Translations under genes and position numbers: made by a program
Assembly: GCA_043802665.1 (NCBI GenBank)
Contig: JAZDKW010000020.1
Span: forward strand, 7,036-71,035
DNA: 64,000 nt
Origin: Patescibacteria group bacterium
GTDB taxonomy: Bacteria; Patescibacteriota; Kazan-3B-28; UBA10110
Direction of reading: 5' to 3'
Notes under the pieces: model-generated
The model's input: the letters and a program-made list of their open reading frames with translations, nothing else
Told to the model about the DNA's origin: nothing
Databases searched by the model: none
Shown here: piece after piece, positions 10,711 to 20,302 of the stretch
Layout of the letters: the number at the start of each line of letters is the position of its first letter
Numbering within the stretch: the stretch's first letter is position 1

Positions 10711-11087
10711 AATATTACTTACTATATTACTTACTATGTTAAGTAATTATTTAGAACGTTCGACGTTCCTTACGTAATTATTTTATCATACAATCATTTA
10801 TCCAAGCCGATTCTGCTCTCCAGCAATAACCCCACCTAACCTCCCCTTATCTTAAGGGGAGGAGATGAGAGAGAAGATTCAACACCCCTCTTAAGACAAA
10901 AGGGCAGGCGGTGCCCCGCACAATTCAATATATATCCAGAGAGGATAAATATCATATTCTGGATGAGACTGAATTGTGCTGGGGGAAAGTTATGATACAT
11001 TTTTACAACAATATAACCCCTGGTCAACGCCTGATATTAACAATCTGAAAATCAACAATAAAACCGCTCTCCAAGCCAAAAATATGC

Positions 11088-11116
11088 TTGACCAGCCGAA
11101 ATAAATAAGTTATACT
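11088..11116 (+). promoter_or_regulatory. Sigma70 promoter
   Basis: TTGACC-17 nt-TATACT. Confidence 0.7.
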
Positions 11117-11205
11117 GCGGGCAAATTCAGTATTAACTGGATGACCTTTGAAAAGGAGGTCGCTCGAGATGCGACAGATCATTTTTCTTCCAAACAAGAA
11201 CAGAG

Positions 11206-11991
11206 GTGAAAAAGATGACTGTAAATGAGATGGAAGAAGTATTAACAAAGCACATAGAACGCGTTGAGAGACAGAACAGATGCGCTATGAGAATCGCTTG
11301 GATTCTGGGAGCCACATTAACATTATTACTGGCGCTATTGGTATTATTGGGTGTTTATGTTTATTTAGGACCAACCTGGGAAACTAAAACTATTCGTACG
11401 CAGGCTATTGAAATCTTAGATGAGGATGGGAACTCCCGTATTAAACTCCGCATCTTTGAAGGAGAACCCAGTATTGCTCTCTATAACAAGAATGGGAATA
11501 ATCGTGTCTTACTCACTCTTTTTAAAGGGGAGCCGTGTTTTGCGCTCTATGATGCGATTGGAAGCCAGCGTGCCTTGCTCTCTATCCCTGAAGAAACACC
11601 GGGTTTATGGATTTACGACAAGAATGGAAATTGTCAGGTTGCGCTTGCCACCCCTGAAGAGAAACCTGGTTTATGGCTTTATGATGAGAATGGAAATCAT
11701 CGAGCTGGACTCTCCATCTCTGAAGGAGCACCAGGTCTTGCGCTCTATGATGTAGATGGAAGCCAGCGTGCCTTGCTCACCGTCTCTAAAGGAGAACCTG
11801 GTTTATGGCTTTATGACGAGAATGGAAATCATCGAGCTGGGCTAGAGATACTCTCTAAAGGAAAAGGAACACCTGGTTTATGGCTCTGGGACGAGGATGG
11901 AAATCATCGAGCTGGGCTAGAGATCGCGGAAGGAACACCAGGTTTATGGCTCTGGGACCAATATGGCCATTCTACCTTTAAAACTCCTTAG
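11206..11991 (+). CDS. Membrane-anchored protein with about 8-9 tandem 22-aa repeats
   Basis: TM helix then repeats such as PGLWLYDENGNHRAGL, also visible as DNA repeats. Confidence 0.8.
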   Translation: MKKMTVNEMEEVLTKHIERVERQNRCAMRIAWILGATLTLLLALLVLLGVYVYLGPTWETKTIRTQAIEILDEDGNSRIKLRIFEGEPSIALYNKNGNNRVLLTLFKGEPCFALYDAIGSQRALLSIPEETPGLWIYDKNGNCQVALATPEEKPGLWLYDENGNHRAGLSISEGAPGLALYDVDGSQRALLTVSKGEPGLWLYDENGNHRAGLEILSKGKGTPGLWLWDEDGNHRAGLEIAEGTPGLWLWDQYGHSTFKTP

Positions 11992-12056
11992 GAAAGACCG
12001 TGGATGAGAGTGTCCCCTTCCTCGGTAAGTTTCTACCGTACGGTAAAGAATTCAAT

Positions 12057-12082
12057 GCGGACCTAATTTGGTCCGCTTTTCT
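12057..12082 (+). terminator. Rho-independent terminator
   Basis: GCGGACC-TAATTT-GGTCCGC-TTTT. Confidence 0.7.
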
Positions 12083-12165
12083 ATTACTAAATATCTTTAC
12101 CTGATTGGGACTAAAAAAAAATTACTTACTGAATTACTTACTATAGTACTTACTACATTACGTAA

Positions 12166-12921
12166 TTATTTAGCTTTGAGTTGGCTGATAGCATTGCGGT
12201 AGGTGCAGAAATCGCATTCGGGACCGGCGGGTGGGATTTTGTCGGACATCAAACAATCTTTAATTTTCTCCAAAGTCGGTGCGATCCAATCAGTGGTACC
12301 CTCATAAGAGATCAGTTTAATCCTGAACTCCAATTTACCGTCAAACGCCTCCCTGTCGCGCTTACCATTGCAATAAACAAAATAGCCTGCCGGCGCTACC
12401 GAAAAACCATTTTGCCGGAAAAGCCATTGATAAATCTCCATCTGACGCTTATAGCCCTTTTGCCACTCGGCGTCTAAGGTAACTTCCTTGTCTTTGCTGG
12501 TCGCCTTGTAATCCACAATGATCAACTCACCTTTCGGGTCCACCCAAACATCGTCTACTCCTCCATAAACCAAAAAATTGGTGACTGGATCCAAATACTG
12601 GATACCGCTCCGAGCATTACGCCAAGTCTCTAAATCTTCATGGGGGAAAGGAACTGCATCTACTCCATACTGTGTCATTAAGGGATGGGGCTGACCTTTG
12701 GCCCGATGGATATCAAATTCTTTCTTCAAGAGATGATCTACAGCCGAGTTCAAAGTAAAAGGATAGCCGGGCGGCTGGCCCACTCCCAGGCGTACATCGA
12801 TATAAAAACAGCGGGGACAATTACAATACAGATCAATTTTGGAGCGACTAATCTTAAACGGATCTGTTGATGCGGGGTCAAATAACCCCCGAGTGCGCTG
12901 ACCATGATAATATTCCGACAT
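12166..12921 (-). CDS. PD-(D/E)XK nuclease superfamily protein (Cas4/AddB-like)
   Basis: SRSKIDLY..CPRCFY, GGVDD..IVDYK, QMEIY, terminal CDFC. Confidence 0.85.
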   Translation of the reverse strand: MSEYYHGQRTRGLFDPASTDPFKISRSKIDLYCNCPRCFYIDVRLGVGQPPGYPFTLNSAVDHLLKKEFDIHRAKGQPHPLMTQYGVDAVPFPHEDLETWRNARSGIQYLDPVTNFLVYGGVDDVWVDPKGELIIVDYKATSKDKEVTLDAEWQKGYKRQMEIYQWLFRQNGFSVAPAGYFVYCNGKRDREAFDGKLEFRIKLISYEGTTDWIAPTLEKIKDCLMSDKIPPAGPECDFCTYRNAISQLKAK

Positions 12922-13049
12922 AGATAGGTAGGGGTTAGAGAATAGGGATTAGAAAATAGCGGATAGAGACGAGGGAATAAAGGAAGAGATAAAGTTTCAG
13001 CCAAAACGTAACACATTTTGGCTGAAACTACCAAAACTTGTTTTAAACC

Positions 13050-13253
13050 TTACTTGGTCATCTTCGGCAAAAAGACAAAGAGCCCGTAGAGAGCAGACAA
13101 ACCTACGAGATCGTAGATCAGTTTAGACAAAGTGGTCATATCCCCGAACAGGGTTGCGACCAAGTCAAACCCGAACAAACTAACGAACCCCCAATTGAGT
13201 CCGCCCACGATCAAGAGGATAGCGGCAATCCAATTAATGATCTTCATACCCAA
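13050..13253 (-). CDS. DUF378 family small membrane protein
   Basis: IVGGLNWG..FDLVA..IYDLVGLSALY. Confidence 0.9.
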   Translation of the reverse strand: MGMKIINWIAAILLIVGGLNWGFVSLFGFDLVATLFGDMTTLSKLIYDLVGLSALYGLFVFLPKMTK

Positions 13254-13380
13254 ACCCCCGAATAAATTAATAATAACAATTTTATTATATCAACTTTATT
13301 TTATTTGTCATCCGCCAACGAAAAAAGCCGCTTCCTAAGAAGGAAACGGCGGGGCTGATTTGATCTCGTATCCACTTTAC

Positions 13381-13824
13381 TTACAAAAGTCGCAAAAAAC
13401 CTAATTCGGTAGATAGTGATTCAAATGCGAACAGCGCTTCGTAGTCGTTAGCAAAAACCTTGGCTTTGGATGTCTCTATCCACCCCATGGTTGTCAAATC
13501 CTCACCGAACGTCACAGAGAAGGCTGGAGGTATTACCCCACGACGGTACTTAATCGTCCCTGAAACCACTAAAATATTATTGATAATCACCAACCTCTTC
13601 TCGTCTATAACTACCGTTTCAGGATTTTCACCAGCAGTCACCAAGCACTGCAGAAAGGGAAAAACATCAATGTATTTCAACAATATCTTTCCTAACGTAT
13701 CTGCACTTGCCCGGAACAAACATTGTCGCGGATCTGGACGGCAATAATCATAAGCGATATGTTGTTTCAGCGCCAATGTTAAGAACTCGCTGATATTAAC
13801 GTCAGCATTTTCCAAATTTATCAC
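13381..13824 (-). CDS. Hypothetical protein (ORFan-like)
   Basis: 147 aa ORF, AAGGA RBS, boxA-like motif upstream, terminator-like hairpin at 13322-13352. Confidence 0.6.
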   Translation of the reverse strand: MINLENADVNISEFLTLALKQHIAYDYCRPDPRQCLFRASADTLGKILLKYIDVFPFLQCLVTAGENPETVVIDEKRLVIINNILVVSGTIKYRRGVIPPAFSVTFGEDLTTMGWIETSKAKVFANDYEALFAFESLSTELGFLRLL

Positions 13825-13937
13825 TCCTTTTTAAGGTACAGGGATCAGGTAATTTTGCTTAATATACCACAGGCTTTAGCCAACACCAACTTTTTTATCC
13901 AGAGGGGATGAGCTACCTCAGCAACATCTCATATTGG

Positions 13938-14417
13938 TTACGGTTCTAAAACTGCGGGGCGTTCGCCGTGGTTAATAGTAATTTTTATATCTTTAACAGT
14001 AGGAAATTGGGTTAGGGTTTTAAAAATCTGTTGGTAGACCGCCTGTACCCGAGCCGAACCGCCCATTTGAAAATCAAATTGATCATCAAAATCAACTGTG
14101 GCCACTCCATCGGCGATATTAACATAATTCAGAGCTGTTCCTTCAGCGATCGCCGTGCTCAAGCCCTCGTTTTTCTCGGCTTCTGTGGGACCTTTCAGCA
14201 ACTCTTGGATGGCGGCAGTCGCCACCATCACAGTTTTAGGAATCGTGCGATCAACTGCTACTTGCACAATATCGGTTGGTTCACTCTTACAAAAATAGAT
14301 TAGGATATCTTGGGTGGTATCGTCTGAATAATTATCTGGTTGATAATAATATTGGACTAACCAATACCCACCCACTGCTACTATTAAACAACTAACTATC
14401 CACAGTAAATATCTCAT
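13938..14417 (-). CDS. GerMN domain protein
   Basis: ELLKGPT..E, ATVDF, GGSARV, TLTQFPTV. Confidence 0.88.
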   Translation of the reverse strand: MRYLLWIVSCLIVAVGGYWLVQYYYQPDNYSDDTTQDILIYFCKSEPTDIVQVAVDRTIPKTVMVATAAIQELLKGPTEAEKNEGLSTAIAEGTALNYVNIADGVATVDFDDQFDFQMGGSARVQAVYQQIFKTLTQFPTVKDIKITINHGERPAVLEP

Positions 14418-14429
14418 AACCTTATTTTA

Positions 14430-15098
14430 CTATATTCGGACTGGGGCTAAATCATTGATTGACGCAATGCGATGTAAATCTGTCGCTTGCGATAAAGTAT
14501 AGTCTCCTATTTTGGTCCGTACTAAACCGGACATATATGCCCCCACGCCTAACTTTTGACCAATATCATTGATCAATGATCGGATATAGGTTCCGGAAGA
14601 TACTTTGACATTGAATTTCAGAATAGGATATTGATAATCCAATAGCTCAATCTTATGGATAGTAACCGGCACTGGCTTTAATTTTACTTCCTTGCCTTGC
14701 CGAGCTAAGTCATAAGCTTTCTTGCCTCCAACTTTCTTAGCCGAAAAGATAGGCGGCATTTGTTCCTGTGCTCCTATAAAACTTTGCAGAGTTTTAATTA
14801 TTTCTTCTTGGCCAGGTGATTTAGAATTACCAGACGGAATAATCTCTCCTTCAGCATCGTAAGTGGTGCTGGTGGAACCTAATGTTGCAATAGCGACATA
14901 GTCCTTATCTAATTTGATGAACTCCGAGATACGTTTAGTAAATTCCCGGCCAATGGCAACAATCATCAGCCCAGAGGCTAAAGGATCTAACGTACCCGCG
15001 TGACCAACAGTTTTTTCTCCGGTGACTCTACGCAAATAATCCACTACGTCATGCGAAGTGATGCCAATGGGCTTGTTGATTAAATAAATTCCATTCAT
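14430..15098 (-). CDS. truB: tRNA pseudouridine(55) synthase
   Basis: NKPIGITSHDVV, GHAGTLDPLASG, SSGTYIRSL; start placed at MNGIY. Confidence 0.96.
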   Translation of the reverse strand: MNGIYLINKPIGITSHDVVDYLRRVTGEKTVGHAGTLDPLASGLMIVAIGREFTKRISEFIKLDKDYVAIATLGSTSTTYDAEGEIIPSGNSKSPGQEEIIKTLQSFIGAQEQMPPIFSAKKVGGKKAYDLARQGKEVKLKPVPVTIHKIELLDYQYPILKFNVKVSSGTYIRSLINDIGQKLGVGAYMSGLVRTKIGDYTLSQATDLHRIASINDLAPVRI

Positions 15099-15205
15099 AT
15101 AATGATTCGGATGATATTTCTCTAAACTAATCCCCTCCCATCCTCCCCTTATCAAGGGGAGGTGCAGGCGGGAATTGCCTGACACATGATACTTGATACT
15201 TTCTA

Positions 15206-15646
15206 TTAGCGGAAACGGACAGGGATAATAAAGCTATCGTCATTGTCTGGTAAACCCGAAGGATTATCTTTTTTTAGCACTAATTTGCCCGTATCCCCCA
15301 AAGGCATCTCAAATTTTATCTCTGCCGTAAATGGTACTAAATCTTCAGTCATCCAATCCCCTTGTGCTATCCCCAGAGCCTGGGCTAATACTTGATCATT
15401 TTGGTCTAAAATCTGGATAGGAAAAGAGGCTTCAAAAAACCAATTTCCCCGAGCTCTACCGTTGATCTTCAATGGGCTCTTGATCAGTGAATCTTCCTGT
15501 AAACGATAAGTACAAATCTGTTCTATTTCTTCATTATTATAATGGCAGATTAATTTAGGCTTAGCCCCACCTAACTGATACCAGCCCAATACGCTAATCA
15601 GTAATACTGCCACTACAATCCAGCCCCAATTTTTCATCATTTTCAT
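15206..15646 (-). CDS. Gmad2 immunoglobulin-like domain protein
   Basis: GRARGNWFFEASFP, WMTEDLVPF, KDNPSGLP. Confidence 0.8.
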   Translation of the reverse strand: MKMMKNWGWIVVAVLLISVLGWYQLGGAKPKLICHYNNEEIEQICTYRLQEDSLIKSPLKINGRARGNWFFEASFPIQILDQNDQVLAQALGIAQGDWMTEDLVPFTAEIKFEMPLGDTGKLVLKKDNPSGLPDNDDSFIIPVRFR

Positions 15647-16755
15647 TAGTTAAGGTTATCATTGTTATCATACAAGACCAAGTGAGCTATTTTAAGATCG
15701 GCGTCTTTTTGAGTTATAGATTTAATATTAAATATTAGGCGAGGACCAAGATCGGAATTCATAATTTTGAAAATTCTTTCTTGCAATACTTCCGGTGTCA
15801 GATCTTCTTGCTTGATTAGAACGGCCGCTCCCCGATCTGCTAAATACTCCGCATTGTACAACTGATGTTGATTAGCTGAGCTGGGCAAAGGAACCAAAAT
15901 AACCGGCCGGGCGCTCGCAGCAATTTCGGCAATGGCGGTAGCCCCAGCTCGGGAGATAATTACTGCCGCTTTTCGCATCAAATAAGCCACTTGTTCATTG
16001 GGCAAACTCTCGAATAAGTAATAGTGGCGGAATCTTTCGGTTTCTGCCCATTCTTTTAGGGTGGCGAAATCACGGGCTCCGGCTAAATGCAATACTTGGT
16101 AATCCTGAATCAGGGCCGACAAGGACGCTTGGACTAATCGATTAATCGCTTGGGCACCCTGAGAACCACCCATAACTAACAAGAAAGGTTTTACTTCCGA
16201 AAAAGGAATGCCAGTGTTATTTTCTATCTCTGGAGTGTAGAAAATCTCGTTTACGGGAGTTCCGGTATGAATTAACTTAGCAATGTATTTCTTAGGTAAT
16301 TTATAGGAATCTACTGGAAAAGAAACACAAATCCGTTTAGCTAATGGGGTCAGTAAACGATTAGCCAGACCCATCCGAGCATCCGATTCATGAATAATTA
16401 TTGGCCGAGCCAGTATCCAAGCGGCAAAACCAACGGGCACCCCCACATAGCCACCTTTTATAAAAACGCGATTCGGTTGAAAACGCAGAATGATAGCCAT
16501 AGCGGAAAACCAGCCAGCCAAAGTAACAAATAGGTCTATTATATTCTGCCAATCCCAATACCGGCGCAATTTGCCCGCCGGAATACTAATAAATTTAAAT
16601 CCGGCTGATTGTACCACCTCGCGATCTGCCGAGCGGCGAGAACCCACAAACCAGACCTCACTCTGTGGGCTTTCTTTCAAGATAGCGCGCCCGACGGATA
16701 AAGCCGGCAACACGTGACCAGATGTCCCCCCACCAACCAAAAGGATCTTCATCAT
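15646..16755 (-). CDS. murG: Lipid II N-acetylglucosaminyltransferase MurG
   Basis: GGGTSGHVLP, GGSQGA, SRAGA, HQLYNA. Confidence 0.96.
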   Translation of the reverse strand: MMKILLVGGGTSGHVLPALSVGRAILKESPQSEVWFVGSRRSADREVVQSAGFKFISIPAGKLRRYWDWQNIIDLFVTLAGWFSAMAIILRFQPNRVFIKGGYVGVPVGFAAWILARPIIIHESDARMGLANRLLTPLAKRICVSFPVDSYKLPKKYIAKLIHTGTPVNEIFYTPEIENNTGIPFSEVKPFLLVMGGSQGAQAINRLVQASLSALIQDYQVLHLAGARDFATLKEWAETERFRHYYLFESLPNEQVAYLMRKAAVIISRAGATAIAEIAASARPVILVPLPSSANQHQLYNAEYLADRGAAVLIKQEDLTPEVLQERIFKIMNSDLGPRLIFNIKSITQKDADLKIAHLVLYDNNDNLN

Positions 16756-17860
16756 CTTTAGTATAAATGGTTTGCCTCGAAATATTCAATAATATACCCG
16801 AAGCGGCCAAAACAAACAGTAAGGAGCTTCCTCCTTGGCTAATAAAAGGTAATGGTACACCTGTAAGCGGAATAAGGCCAATGATTGCTCCGATATTCAC
16901 GGCGGCCTGCCAGCCAATCCATGTGGTAATCCCCACAGCCAATAACCGCCCGAAAGTATCCGGTGCACGCCGAGCTGTTTGCAACCCCCGCCAGACAAAA
17001 ACAGTTAGCGGCAAAAGGACCAAAAAGATTATTCCCAAGAAACCCAATTCTTCGCCAATGATAGCAAAAATGGAATCCGAGGATGTCTCCGGCAAAAAGT
17101 TGTACTTTTGGCGACTACGACCAAATCCCAATCCTAAGAACCCACCCGAACCCAAGGCAATGAGAGCTTGGTTAATGTGATACCCCGCTCCTAAAGGATC
17201 GTCCGATAAATTAAGGAAGGTCATTAAGCGAGCCGCTCGATAAGGTGCCGCCCAGATTAAAACCCACGCTATTGTCACTCCACCAAAAACAATCAGAGAG
17301 AGATGTTGCCATCTTCCTCCTGCAGAATAATACATTGCTAAGGCAATTCCAGCAATCACCATAGTAGTTCCCATATCAGGTTCAGCCACAATTAGACCGC
17401 AGATCACGACAAGCAAAACAATAAAGGGCAGGCAAGTATGATAAAAACTATTGATTCTGGGTCCTTTTTGTTCCAACCAATACGCCAAATAAAAAATTAA
17501 CCCCAACTTTAAAACTTCTGTAACTTGCAACGTCAGATCGCCTGCCCCTAACCACCGGCGCGATCCCCCTGCCTCCACCCCTAAACCTGGGATAAACACC
17601 AACACCAGCAATACCGCACTGATCAACAAAGCCGTTGTGGCAACGAAACGATAATTATGGTAATCAAATCTTTGCAAGAAGAACCATAACATCAAACCAA
17701 CCAAAGCAAAGATAGCCTGCCGAAAGAAATAATAGGTATTACTCCCGGTCACTTGAAAAGATTCCACTACGGAAGCTGAGGATACCATAATAATACCGAA
17801 GATCACCAAAGCTAAGGTCGCGAGGATTAGATAAGGATCGGGGGAATGAAATTTACGCAT
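16658..17860 (-). CDS. ftsW: SEDS family protein FtsW
   Basis: Multi-TM, EPDMGT, DSIFAIIGEELG, PLTGVPLPFISQGGSS. Confidence 0.95.
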   Translation of the reverse strand: MRKFHSPDPYLILATLALVIFGIIMVSSASVVESFQVTGSNTYYFFRQAIFALVGLMLWFFLQRFDYHNYRFVATTALLISAVLLVLVFIPGLGVEAGGSRRWLGAGDLTLQVTEVLKLGLIFYLAYWLEQKGPRINSFYHTCLPFIVLLVVICGLIVAEPDMGTTMVIAGIALAMYYSAGGRWQHLSLIVFGGVTIAWVLIWAAPYRAARLMTFLNLSDDPLGAGYHINQALIALGSGGFLGLGFGRSRQKYNFLPETSSDSIFAIIGEELGFLGIIFLVLLPLTVFVWRGLQTARRAPDTFGRLLAVGITTWIGWQAAVNIGAIIGLIPLTGVPLPFISQGGSSLLFVLAASGILLNISRQTIYTKDDEDPFGWWGDIWSRVAGFIRRARYLERKPTE

Positions 17861-19242
17861 TAAGAATGGATAATTTTATTAACCAATGATTTAAATTGCT
17901 GGCCGCGGTCATAGGCGTCAGTGAACCAGCCAAAACTTGCGCAAGCCGGAGAGAACAGCACTGTGCCTCGAGGCTCTGCATAATGATAAGCTTGTTGCAC
18001 AGCGGCAGAAAAATCTTTGGCCTGGCTGACAGGAAACTTAACTTTGGCGGCTTTGAGTAATTGATGAATTTTTTTGGCTGTTTCTCCAATTAATATTACC
18101 CCTTGCACAGGATAATGTTCTAAACTATTAACCAACCCGCGAAAATCTTCTTTTTTACTCGCTCCTCCCAGTATGAGAGTTAGCGGTCCAGCCACAGTTT
18201 CCAATGCTGCCAAAGTGGCCACCGGAGTGGTGGCTAATGAATCATTAATAAACTTTATTCCCTTTTTTTCTCCTACCAATTCTAACCGATGCTCTAAAGT
18301 AATAAATTTTTTCAGACGACGACGGATTTTTTCCGGTTTAACCCCCAACAAAAGTGCTACCGCTATTGCCGCTAAGACATTGCCAAGGTTATGCTTACCA
18401 GGCAAAGAAATTTCCGACACCGGCATTACCGGATACCGATGACCAGTTTTAATATCGCGGTGGATAATCTCCCCGTCGGCAATATAAAGCCCTCTGGGCA
18501 AAACCTTGCGAGTCGAATATCTTACTTTCTTTCCACGGATGGATAATGCAATGGTAGATGAAATTTTGTGGTCACTGCTTACTATCGCCCAATCGTTTTT
18601 AGTTTGGTGATGCACAATGTTCATTTTAGCTGCCAGGTAGCTTTTGAAAGTCCGGTGGCGATTAAGATGCTCAGGCACAACATCCAGCACCACGGCGATG
18701 TGTGGGCTTTTAGTCATATCTTCTAACTGAAAACTGGATAATTCCAACACCACTACATCTTTTTTAGTTAACTTGGGCAACAAATTCAATGGCGGATAGC
18801 CAATATTCCCTCCCATATAAACTTTGCCCGATGACCGCCCCTTTAATAAGTGGTAAATGAGAGAGGTGGTAGTGCTTTTGCCTTTAGTGCCCGTAATGCC
18901 CACAATAAGAGCAGGACAAAGATCAAAAAACAATTGGATGGGAGAGCTGAATCGCACCCCGCGGCGGCGGGCACGCTTTATTGGAAGCAAATCCAAAGAC
19001 ACTCCAGGACTACGAAAGACGAGATCAAAATCGCCTAAATTATCCAAATAATGTTTTCCTAATCGTAGCTCATGAGTCAGATGCTTAAATTCAAGGTAGC
19101 GCCGATCAGTCGGTACTAAGGATTTTTCATCTAATCCGACTGAATTAATATCTAACTTACGCAAAAAATGGAGCAGATCAAGTCCTTCTTTACCTAATCC
19201 CAAGACAGCAATCTTACTTAACTGTTCTGCAAGTTGTGACAT
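17860..19242 (-). CDS. murD: UDP-MurNAc-L-Ala--D-glutamate ligase
   Basis: GTKGKSTT, ELSSFQL, EHRLE, SPACASF. Confidence 0.96.
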   Translation of the reverse strand: MSQLAEQLSKIAVLGLGKEGLDLLHFLRKLDINSVGLDEKSLVPTDRRYLEFKHLTHELRLGKHYLDNLGDFDLVFRSPGVSLDLLPIKRARRRGVRFSSPIQLFFDLCPALIVGITGTKGKSTTTSLIYHLLKGRSSGKVYMGGNIGYPPLNLLPKLTKKDVVVLELSSFQLEDMTKSPHIAVVLDVVPEHLNRHRTFKSYLAAKMNIVHHQTKNDWAIVSSDHKISSTIALSIRGKKVRYSTRKVLPRGLYIADGEIIHRDIKTGHRYPVMPVSEISLPGKHNLGNVLAAIAVALLLGVKPEKIRRRLKKFITLEHRLELVGEKKGIKFINDSLATTPVATLAALETVAGPLTLILGGASKKEDFRGLVNSLEHYPVQGVILIGETAKKIHQLLKAAKVKFPVSQAKDFSAAVQQAYHYAEPRGTVLFSPACASFGWFTDAYDRGQQFKSLVNKIIHS

Positions 19243-19252
19243 AGTTTTAACT

Positions 19253-20302
19253 TTACGATGGTCCGCCACCGACGATACCAACAATCACGCCTAATAGCGC
19301 CATGAAAGCTCCGATAATCCAAAAACGCATCGTTACTTTTGTTTCCGGCCAACCTAATGCTTCGAAATGGTGGTGCAAAGGAGCGATTAGGAACAGCTTT
19401 TTATGGCGAAACTTACGATAAAACAATTGTAGAATATCAGAAACTACTTCCATCATCGGCACAAAAGCAATCAATGGCAAAACCGCCAATCCGACATTGC
19501 TTTGAATCAACATCGCCACCACTCCTAACGTCGCGCCCATAGACAAGGCATACGTATCACCTCCAAAAAACCGAGCCGGATAAATATTAAACCACAGGTA
19601 GGCCAACAAGGCCCCTGCCGCCGTAGCACAAAAGATGGCTAAGCTTATTTGACCATTCAAAAAAGCTAAGATGCCATAAGCCACAAAGGCAATACTCAAT
19701 AGCCCCCCTGACAAACCATCTAAACCATCCGCAATATTAACCGCGTTAGCGGTAGCCAAAATAATAAAAATAAAGATGGGGATATACCACCATCCCACAG
19801 TAATATCCCCATAGGCAGGAATATGGAGACTGTCGATGCCTAATTTAGCAAAAAACCACCAAGCACCTAAAGCCGCTACACCAAATAACCAAGCCATTTT
19901 GTGACGGGCACGCACTCCTTTTATGCCCCCCACTCCCCGGATATTAAACCAATCATCTACCGCTCCTAAAATTCCCACCGCCACCATAAAAAATAGCGGC
20001 AAATAAGTTTGATTACGCGTCAGATTGAACAGCAGTGTAACTATCAAGATTGTTCCCCACACTAACACCCCCGCTAAAGTAGGGATATGGCGGCGATGCT
20101 TCTCGCCGTGCAACTTTTGAAAAACAGTGGCGTAACTACCATATAAGGTTTCTTCTTTGGCTTGTTTCCAAAATTTATACCGATACAAGATGTTACTCCA
20201 AAATGGCGTTGCCGCCATTGCTACAAGGAAAGAAATAACGCCGATAACGAGCGTACGAATTAAATTCCCTTGCTCAGTAATAATCTTAGTTAAATCATTC
20301 AT
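19253..20302 (-). CDS. mraY: Phospho-N-acetylmuramoyl-pentapeptide transferase
   Basis: NAVNIADGLDGL, FGGDT, APLHHHFE. Confidence 0.96.
   Translation of the reverse strand: MNDLTKIITEQGNLIRTLVIGVISFLVAMAATPFWSNILYRYKFWKQAKEETLYGSYATVFQKLHGEKHRRHIPTLAGVLVWGTILIVTLLFNLTRNQTYLPLFFMVAVGILGAVDDWFNIRGVGGIKGVRARHKMAWLFGVAALGAWWFFAKLGIDSLHIPAYGDITVGWWYIPIFIFIILATANAVNIADGLDGLSGGLLSIAFVAYGILAFLNGQISLAIFCATAAGALLAYLWFNIYPARFFGGDTYALSMGATLGVVAMLIQSNVGLAVLPLIAFVPMMEVVSDILQLFYRKFRHKKLFLIAPLHHHFEALGWPETKVTMRFWIIGAFMALLGVIVGIVGGGPS

Noticed and set aside
12166-12921. Cas4 as part of a CRISPR system
   Set aside because: Stand-alone PD-(D/E)XK nuclease with no cas1/cas2 or array nearby.
15099-15185. truB N-terminal extension
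   Set aside because: It is a translation of a palindromic repeat; TruB homology starts at MNGIY.
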